Below are positions 55,947 through 64,000 of a DNA stretch of 64,000 bases, one piece after another. Source of the DNA: Eledone cirrhosa. Lineage: Eukaryota. Made by a program: the position numbers and the translations under genes. The stretch lies in contig OZ024740.1 in NCBI GenBank assembly GCA_964016885.1, positions 2,542,001-2,606,000 of the forward strand, given 5' to 3'. Positions within the stretch are counted from its first letter, which is position 1. Each line of letters starts with the position of its first letter. Under the pieces are notes generated by a model, which saw only the letters and a program-made list of their open reading frames with translations, did not search any database and was not told the origin of the DNA.

Positions 55947-55989
<43 letters not shown>

Positions 55990-55990
55990 T
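55615..55990. repeat. GA-rich polypurine tract with (GA)n and (GATA)n
   Basis: Direct inspection. Confidence 0.9.
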
Positions 55991-56544
55991 GACACTAAGA
56001 ATTGAGAGATCACGGGGAGTAGAGTCAATGTGCTAGGAGGATTGAAAGTGTCAATTAAGAATTTTGTGAAGATTTTCAATGGTTGGAATATAGCTCAGTT
56101 CCGGCTTGTATTGCTGACGTAAGTGGCTGCAGAAATTGGTAGTCATAGGAACACCCCCCGCCCCCGGTTTTGTTGTTGACATTGAAGTTATTGTTGTATT
56201 CACTCTCTCCAATTTCATTGTGTACCGATCTAATGTCAATGACCTGAGATATTTTCTACAAGTATGTAAAAAAAAAGTTCAAAGGAGTGTTGTGTTTGCT
56301 TCCTCTTTCATTCATGAAATAGCAGCTAACGTAAGAAAAAAATAGAATTTTTTTTTTCATTCATTAAATATATGTAGCATTGCGATAGTTGAACGAGATA
56401 AGCTAAGATATCTGCTACTTAGATAACCAGAACTGTACGAAAATTTCATTTTGTTATCTGTTATACAAAAAAAATACTATGTCAAATATATTTTACAGAC
56501 AGAAGTTATACAATGATGGAAATATTTTGTTATCTGTTATACAT

Positions 56545-58432
56545 GATGACTTTCGGAAACAATTTTTCACGCTCAGAGTTGCTGAAGCACAGAACAATCT
56601 ACCTGCATCAGTTGTTAGCTGCCGAGACACTGCATCCTTTAAAACCTCCATGGAACAAACTACCTGCATCAGTTGTTAGCTATCGAGACACTGCATCCTT
56701 TAAAACCTCCATGGAACAAACTACCTGCATCAGTTGTTAGCTGTCGAGACACTGCATCCTTTAAAACCTCCATGGAACAAACTACCTGCATCAGTTGTTA
56801 GTTGCCGAGACACTGCATCCTTCAAAACTTCCATGGAACAAAATACCTGCATCAGTTGTTAGCTGCCGAGACACTGCATCCTTCAAAACTTCCATGGAAA
56901 AAACTCCCTGCATCAGTTGTTAGCTGTCGAGATACTGCATCCTTTAAAACTTCCATGGAACAAATTACCTGCATCAGTTGTTAGCTGTTGGGACACTGCA
57001 TCCTTTAAAACTTCCATGGAACAAATTACCTGCATCAGTTGTCAGCTGTCGAGACACTGCATCCATTAAAACCCCATGGAACAAACTACCTGCATCAGTT
57101 GTTAACTGTCGAGACACTGCATCCTTTAAAACCTCCATGGAACAAACTACCTGCGTCAGTTATTAGTTGTCGGGACACTGCATCCTTTAAAACCTCCATG
57201 GAACAAACTACCTGCGTCAGTTTTTAGTTGTCGGGACACTGCATCCTTTAAAACCTCCATGGAACAAACTACCTGCGTCAGTTATTAGTTGTCGGGACAC
57301 TGCATCCATTAAAACCTCCATGGAACAAACTACCTGCATCAGTTGTTAGCTGCCGAGACACTGCATCCTTCAAAACTTCCAGGGAACAAACTCCCTGCAT
57401 CAGTTGTTAGTTGCCGAGACACTGCATCCTTCAAAACTTCCATGGAACAAACTACCTGCATCAGTTGTTAGCTGTTGGGACACTGCATACTTTAAAACAT
57501 CCATGGAACAAACTACCTGCATCAGTTGTTAGCTGTCGAGACACTGCATCCTTTAAACCTCCATGGAACAAACTACCTGCATCAGTTGTTAGCTGTCGAG
57601 ACACTGCATCCTTTAAAACCTCCATGGAACAAACTACCTGCATCAGTTGTTAGCTGTCGAGACACTGATCCTTTAAAAACTCCATGGAACAAACTCCCTG
57701 CATCAGTTGTTAGCTGTCGAGACACTGCATCCTTTAAAACCTCCATGGAACAAACTCCCTGCATCAGTTGCTAGCTGTAGAGACACTGCATCCTTTAAAA
57801 CCCCCATGTAACAAACTACTTGCATCAGTTGTTAGCTGTCGAGACACTGATCCTTTAAAACCTCCATGGAACAAACTCCCTGCATCAGTTATTAGCTGTC
57901 GAGACACTGCATCCTTTAAAACCTCCATGGAACAAACTACCTGCATCAGTTGCTAGCTGTCGAGACACTGCATCCTTTAAAACCTCCATGGAACAAACTA
58001 CTTGCATCAGTTGTTAGCTGTCGAGACACTGCATCCTTTAAAACCTCCATGGAACAAACTACTTGCATCAGTTGTTAGCTGTCGAGACACTGCATCCTTT
58101 AAAACCTCCATGGAACAAACTACCTGCATCAGTTGCTAGCTGTTGGGACACTGCATACTTTAAAACCTCCATGGAACAAACTACCTGCATCAGTTATTAG
58201 CTGTCGAGACACTGCATTCTTTAAAACCTCCATGCTTCCTGAAATTCGCCAACACTATACTTGATATCCCCGCCTCTCCATACACACATGCATGTGTCTG
58301 TGTGAATATCATGATTCATACACTGTTCACTTCCCTGACATTTGTACATGATTCTATGTACTATACATGCACCTTTGATGAGTTGTAGTGCACCTGAGCA
58401 TTGTACATAATCATTTTCATTGTTATTATATT
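56545..58432 (+). mobile_element. CR1-clade 3' end whose terminal codons are tandemly amplified
   Basis: FRKQFFTLRVAEA[WNKLPASVVSCRDTASFKTS]nMLPEIRQHYT*, then 3' UTR. Confidence 0.8.
56588..58234 (+). repeat. 61-bp minisatellite, ~27 copies
   Basis: Unit catggaacaaactacctgcatcagttgttagctgtcgagacactgcatcctttaaaacctc. Confidence 0.95.
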
Positions 58433-58442
58433 ATGACAAATG

Positions 58443-58635
58443 AGGGCGATGTATTGGCAGTATTGGTAGAGAGTCGGTCGCCAATCTTTCCAGCATAGAG
58501 TTACGTCTCTTTACGGACTGAGTTCAAATGCCGCTGAGATTAACTTTGCCTTTCATCCTCACGGAGTCGATAAAATAAAGTACCAGTAATGCACTGGGAT
58601 AATTGCTGGCCTGGTGCCAAAAGTAGAAACAATTA
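58443..58635 (+). mobile_element. tRNA-derived SINE
   Basis: Same family as 42375-42560. Confidence 0.8.
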
Positions 58636-58714
58636 TATGACAACTATATTTTACAAAAACAAGTTATACAATAATGGAAATATGAAAAAAAAAAAGATAA
58701 AAACAAAATTAAGT

Positions 58715-58990
58715 AATTAAAAAAAGGGGAGAAGGGGAATGGAAGGGCAGATCTGGCCGTAGAAGGAAGTAGAGGAAATGACTAAATGTCATTAATGAGA
58801 GGAAAATGAGGGAAAGAGCAAGGGAAAGGGAGAAAGTTACAGGCTCTTTGCCTGGGGCGAGGCGGTGTTTCGACTGTGCTCCACGGACAAAACTGCAAAG
58901 GCATTTCCGCAGCCGACAATGACCAGTGACATCCGCTGCAACAGCCACCCCACCTAGCAGGGCTCCTTTCTCAGACGAGCTGCTGACGTT
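58715..58990 (-). mobile_element. CRE-clade LINE 3' fragment
   Basis: WLLQRMSLVIV..GNAFAVL; DNA homologous to 59240-59295. Confidence 0.65.
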
Positions 58991-59215
58991 GGGGTCACAT
59001 ATAGTCATTGATGTAGTCATGTGTAGAAATGTACAACACTTGCTTTATAAAAGGTAGTAATTATACGTTTAAAGAGTTCCATCACAATAGAATAATAGAA
59101 TTCTATTTTCTTGTATAGTGGAAATTGACGAGGTGTTTGGTAACTCAGAGTGTTAAGTTCGAAAACACTTTTTATACATGAGTAAATTAAATAAATAGAC
59201 GGCGAATTGGCAGAG

Positions 59216-59462
59216 GAAGAGGTCCCGCGAGGTAGGGGAGCTGTTCAGCGGGTGTCGCTGGCGATTGTCCGCGGAAATGCCTTTGCCATTTTGTTTACGG
59301 GATGCAAGTGAAACACCTAGGTGTAGAATCTGTTACCCTCATCCCTTTCCTCTTTCTTTTGTTGCCTAATAATCTTTCTTCTTTCCTTTCTTATGGCATT
59401 CATAGTCCTTTCCAATGCTGCTTTATTTTTCTGTATGTTTAACTAAGTTAAAAAAAAAAAAA
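59216..59462 (+). mobile_element. 5'-truncated CRE-clade LINE with poly(A) and 12-bp TSD, inserted in a SINE head
   Basis: QRVSLAIVRGNAFAILFTGCK*; TSD gaattggcagag at 59204-59215 and 59463-59474. Confidence 0.8.
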
Positions 59463-59610
59463 GAATTGGCAGAGTGGTTAGAAGGTCGGATAGAATACTT
59501 TGTGGTATTCAGCTCTCTAGTCTCTCAGTTCAAATCCCACCGAGATCAACTTACCCTTTCATCATTTCGAGGTAGATAAAAAAAATACCAGTCTAATACT
59601 GGGGTCGAAT
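59463..59610 (+). mobile_element. tRNA-derived SINE (interrupted at the A box)
   Basis: tggcagagtggttag, agttcaaatccc, ttttcatcatttcgaggtagataaa. Confidence 0.75.
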
Positions 59611-59721
59611 TTCCCCCTCTATCTCTTTTTCACTTCATCTCTCTCGCTTTCTATACTTCACTGGTAAAACATCTGCTGTGTTCAGACCTGGGGCTGGATG
59701 GGCTCCGCTAGGCTTAAAATG

Positions 59722-60049
59722 CCCTCCTACAACACCCCCGGAGGTCACAGGACACACATTGAAGTAAATACTAGCCCCCCCCCCTAAAACACCCCCGGGG
59801 TCACGGGACACACATTGAAGTAAATACTAGCCCCCCCCCCCCCCCTAAAACACCCCCGGGGGTCACGGGACACACATTGAAGTAAATACTAGCCCCCCTA
59901 CAACACCCCCGGGGGCCACGGGACACACATTGAAGTAAATACTAGCCCCCCTGCAACACCCCCGGGGGTAACGGGACACACATTGAAGTAAATACTAGCC
60001 CCCTTCAACACCCCCGGGGGGCACGTGACACACATTGAAGTAAATACTA
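59722..60049. repeat. ~56-63 bp minisatellite, 5-6 copies with variable C-runs
   Basis: acacccccgggg.cacgggacacacattgaagtaaatactagccc repeated. Confidence 0.9.
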
Positions 60050-61560
60050 AACTTCAATATTCCACTTGGTAGTTACGAAAGACTTTTGTTTTTGTTTACC
60101 TAAATAAATTTACTTATTTGTATGTGCACGCCCCCTAGAAATATCTTTACTACCGTGGGGATAGTTTTCACTTCACGGTTGAAGGGTTAGGCCAGTGCCA
60201 AAATTGATAAATTTTTAGTTATTACATCCTGATTTTTTATGAGTTTTGAAAAAAACCGTCGTAAATAAATCATTTTCTGTGGTTGATTCAACCGAGACCT
60301 GCATCATACTTGTCTCGGAGATGAGTGTGATAAGTGTTTACTCCGAATTTAACCTTGGTGAGGCCTTAAATTATATAAAACTTCGAGGCCTAATCTTAAA
60401 AAATTACACTAGAATGTTTCCCCAAGGGGAAACGCCTTCTCTATTCTGTCCGCCGGGGCTGTGGGGAAGCCGCCAATATTGACTGGCTTGTTATTTTATC
60501 AGTCAGATATTTCTAGACCCGTCATAACAAATTACCTGAAAATTGGTATGATTTGGTGTATGACAATAAAATGCTTCCTTTCTCTCCAGCTCTCATATTT
60601 TTAACAGTTAAGATGTGTTATTGTTAGTAGCGCCACGAGTGACCAGTTCTGTAGAAAGATGTGCTAAGAACATTGACAACGACTTTTGCTTGTTTTACAT
60701 TATTTATTAACAAGGTTGAGCTGTGTAGAGCTGAGTAGAGCAGGCATGGCAAGAGTAATAAAACAAACGAATTAAGGATTTCAGAAGGCACGGTCCACTG
60801 GCTGAAGTGTTGCCGGGCTGTGGTTAAGTTGTTGTGTTACATGTTGGCTAGTGATTTCACGACGAATGAAAGTTAGTTGTTTACCTTTTTACAGTCAGGA
60901 TGGAGAGACAGATTTCTCAAATCAACGCGGGAATTTTTCCCTCAGGGCGCGTAGAGATACATTCTCTTCTACTGGCGCTGATTGGCTGAGTTGAGCCAAA
61001 TCACGCACAGAGAATGTATGTGAGCCCGCGGAATGTAGGTCACTACATATTCACTTTCTATTATCTCCTCTCCGTTCTCTCTGTCCACATATAAATTTAG
61101 TGTCCTACTGGTTACGGAAAAATATTCTAAATTTATTTTAAAATCAATGCAATTGGAAACAACAAATCTTTTCACTTTTAGTCCTTTATTTTACTTGCAC
61201 ATTAAGAAAGTTGGTGGGGTATAATAAAGTAAACCCCACCATTTGGGGATTCTACAGGGTTTTCTACAATGTCCTTCCTGGAAAATATTTTATATTATTT
61301 TTTATGGCTGTGTCAAAGAAAGAAAAACAGCTCCTACTGTGGAAGAAAAGCACCCTACTACTGTTTTTATTGTTTGGAGGAGGGGTGGAAAAAGCAAGCT
61401 ATCTCGAGAGTGAAAACCTGGACAGTTTTACTCACAAAGCATTAATCAATCCAGAACTTTGGTAGCATACACTTTTCTGGAGTGCCGTGTAGCAAGGATA
61501 TATCCGAAATAACTACACAGTCATACCTGCACATCTCTGAAAGTTTTGATATTCAATATC

Positions 61561-61711
61561 TCTTTCTATAGAATTGTAAATTACTAATACAGCCCTTTGG
61601 CTATATTTAATTACTCTTTCTATAGAATTGTAAATTACTAATACAGCCCTTTGGCTATATTTAATTACTCTTTCTATAGAATTGTAAATTACTAATACAG
61701 CCCTTTGGTTA
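61561..61711. repeat. 54-bp tandem repeat, ~2.8 copies
   Basis: tctttctatagaattgtaaattactaatacagccctttgg at 61561, 61615 and 61669. Confidence 0.9.
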
Positions 61712-62676
61712 TATTCACCAGGTTCGATCTTAATTAGACCTATGATCGAAATCTTTCCAATCATGTCCACTCCATCTGTAGGTCGACAAACTTGGGATCC
61801 AAGACCCGGTTTAGAATTAATATTCTAATTTTTGAATAAAAAACATATTTCTCCTGCTAACAAGAATAGAATCATATTGAAATACAAACTACATTGTCAA
61901 TTGGTGCCTTCCATGAACATCATACGCTTCATTGTCCTTAGATTTATGCAGTTCTTTTTCGACTGCATATATCATAATCTCTACATCATAATAATAGTCT
62001 GTCTTGTTTTCGAGAATAGTATATCTATGGCTACATTATCAAATGTGAGCTTTCCTTTTCTAAAACAGTAAGTTGTGATTTTGACTGCCATTTCTAACAT
62101 GTTACACATAAACTTTCTAAATGGGTCAGTGTAAACACATTGAGTTATTGACTTAAGACTTCATTATATAAAGTTATGGAATCTTGTAATACCTTACAAG
62201 TCGTGTGTTTAATACTTGCGACACTTAAGAACTTTGTAGATGGTGGGTTCTTTTGTAAGGCAGGGGAGCTAGCACTTTGTAAAATACTTTAAATTGGTTT
62301 TACAAAGTTTGTTAACTTCATATAAGCAGTTTTAAGAACTCGAATCAATAAAATTTGCGGCGTTGTGGAATCTTGTGGAATTCGAAATATTTGGGGAATT
62401 GGGCCGCTGACAAGACAATTTTTTTTATTATCATTGGTGCCTCGTCTCACTGAATTATAAGGCTGCTTGGCTATTTCAGCAGCTTCAGTCCCGTTATCGC
62501 CCGTGGTAACACTGTATGTGTTTTATGTTGCATAAACATCTTTTAGAGGGAAACACCAGCTTTCCCTGTTGTAACCGAGGAGGTGTGCATGTATTTTCCT
62601 TTATTTTTCTCATTCATACTTCTTGATTTGTTTCTTTTGGATGGGTTCTTTTTATAGGTAAGTTAGAATGAAAATC

Positions 62677-62744
<68 letters not shown>

Positions 62745-62745
<1 letters not shown>

Positions 62746-63012
62746 TAGGGTAAAGGGTAAAGGGTAAATAAAGTTCCCTACCGAGGCATAAGTCCGTGCA
62801 AGGTTGTTTGTGGAAGACCAGCAGTATCCCTTTCCACGCCACCGATGTTGTCCAAGGGAAAGGTAAAGGCTGATACAGCTTGGCACTAGTGACTTCGCAA
62901 TTCATTTCTACAGCTGAGTAAACTGGAGTAACGTGAAGTAAAGTGCCTTGCTCAAGGACACAACCTTACGATTGCAAGCCTGACGCTCTAACCACTAGGC
63001 CATACGCCACAC
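62745..63012 (-). mobile_element. Second tRNA-SINE family (B box deleted), (TTTACCC)n tail
   Basis: tggcctagtggttagagcg A box; gtgtccttgagcaaggcacttta central motif. Confidence 0.7.
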
Positions 63013-63267
63013 ACGCATATATATATTCTATTTTTAACTGTTGGTCAATCAATGATAAACATTGATTACCACTTAAATTATTTATGGAAATATATAGAAA
63101 AATATAAGTATGCACACGTACACACACACACACACACACATATATATACACATATATGTATATACATACACACATGTATCTACACATATATGTATATACA
63201 TACACACACATATATACATATATATATATGTATGTATGGGTTATATCGAATATTAATGATTTTTATA

Positions 63268-63450
63268 TAGGCACAAGGCCAGTAATTTGGGGGGAGGGGA
63301 AAGTCAATTAAATCGACTCCAGTACATTATTGGTACTTTATTTTAACGACCCGTAAGGATGAAAGGCAAAGTTAACCTCGGCGGGATTTGAACTCAGACC
63401 GTAAAGGGCCGTAACTCTTTGCTTCAAAGCATGGTGTCCGCCTCTCTAAT
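63268..63450 (-). mobile_element. tRNA-derived SINE
   Basis: Close match to 43020-43200. Confidence 0.8.
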
Positions 63451-63616
63451 GATGTTCGATTCGTTTGTAAACAAACGGCCCGATTTGAAGCTGTGCTGTG
63501 TCGGTGACCGATCGTCACCTGTTTGTTCAACACTGGCTTTGAGGAACAATCAACATCTTTCTGGTATCAGCTGTGCTAGGGCGAAAAATACAATTCTAAT
63601 TTTATTTTTATATTTC

Positions 63617-63706
63617 ACTTTCCTAGATAAATTAAATATTAGTTTTACTTTCCTAGATAAATTAAATATTAGTTTTACTTTCCTAGATAAATTAAATATT
63701 ACTTTC
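63617..63706. repeat. 30-bp tandem repeat, 3 copies
   Basis: actttcctagataaattaaatattagtttt repeated. Confidence 0.9.
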
Positions 63707-63794
63707 CAGTTCAAAGAGAAAAGAGAAAGCATATTAAAAATATGAAATATTTTATTTAACAAAATCTATATAACCTTTTAAAGCGTAACCGTCA

Positions 63795-63910
63795 TTTGGG
63801 TTGCCCAGAAGTGACGGCAAAAGACCTGACGGCCTTACCCTGTACCCCTGGTGGAGAGGCAGGTGCCTTGTCTGGGACGTCACTGTTAGTGACTCTTTTG
63901 CTCTTTCCCA
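63795..63910 (+). mobile_element. CRE-clade restriction-like endonuclease fragment
   Basis: [30 protein letters not shown]. Confidence 0.7.
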
Positions 63911-64000
63911 CATCCCGTGGTGGCTTGGTTGTTCACCCCTTCCTTTACATTTTCTTTAATATTGTAACATTAAAAGAATATATCTTTCTGAAAGAATCGC

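Noticed and set aside
56588-58234. Regular 61-bp array superficially like a CRISPR
   Set aside because: No unique spacers or cas genes; eukaryotic context; the unit is CR1 coding sequence.
58709-59020. 103-aa ORF as a host exon
   Set aside because: DNA is homologous to the CRE 3' end at 59240-59295.
60880-61090. Splice-site-flanked exon candidate
   Set aside because: All frames tested on both strands contain stops.

Overview
AT-rich metazoan genomic DNA with no confidently identifiable host gene. The very long (TA)n arrays, tRNA-SINE families and retroelement mix resemble an octopus/cephalopod genome (inference). The window is a nested pile of mobile elements, most with ends abutting (TA)n: at least five Penelope-like (PLE) families (Neptune-like, two Naiad-like, Nematis-like, one unclassified), RTE, Tx1/L1, R4/Dong, CR1 and CRE LINEs, a deleted Helitron, SINEs and minisatellites. 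The main hidden signal is about 16 type-I hammerhead ribozyme motifs of about seven designs, read by eye in PLE terminal repeats and in ORF-less tandem 520-570 bp units (retrozyme-like). Variants include a U3-A8 compensatory core, an extra nucleotide after A9, long stem II inserts, and mostly palindromic stem III consistent with dimeric cleavage. All structures and family assignments were made by eye, not computed.
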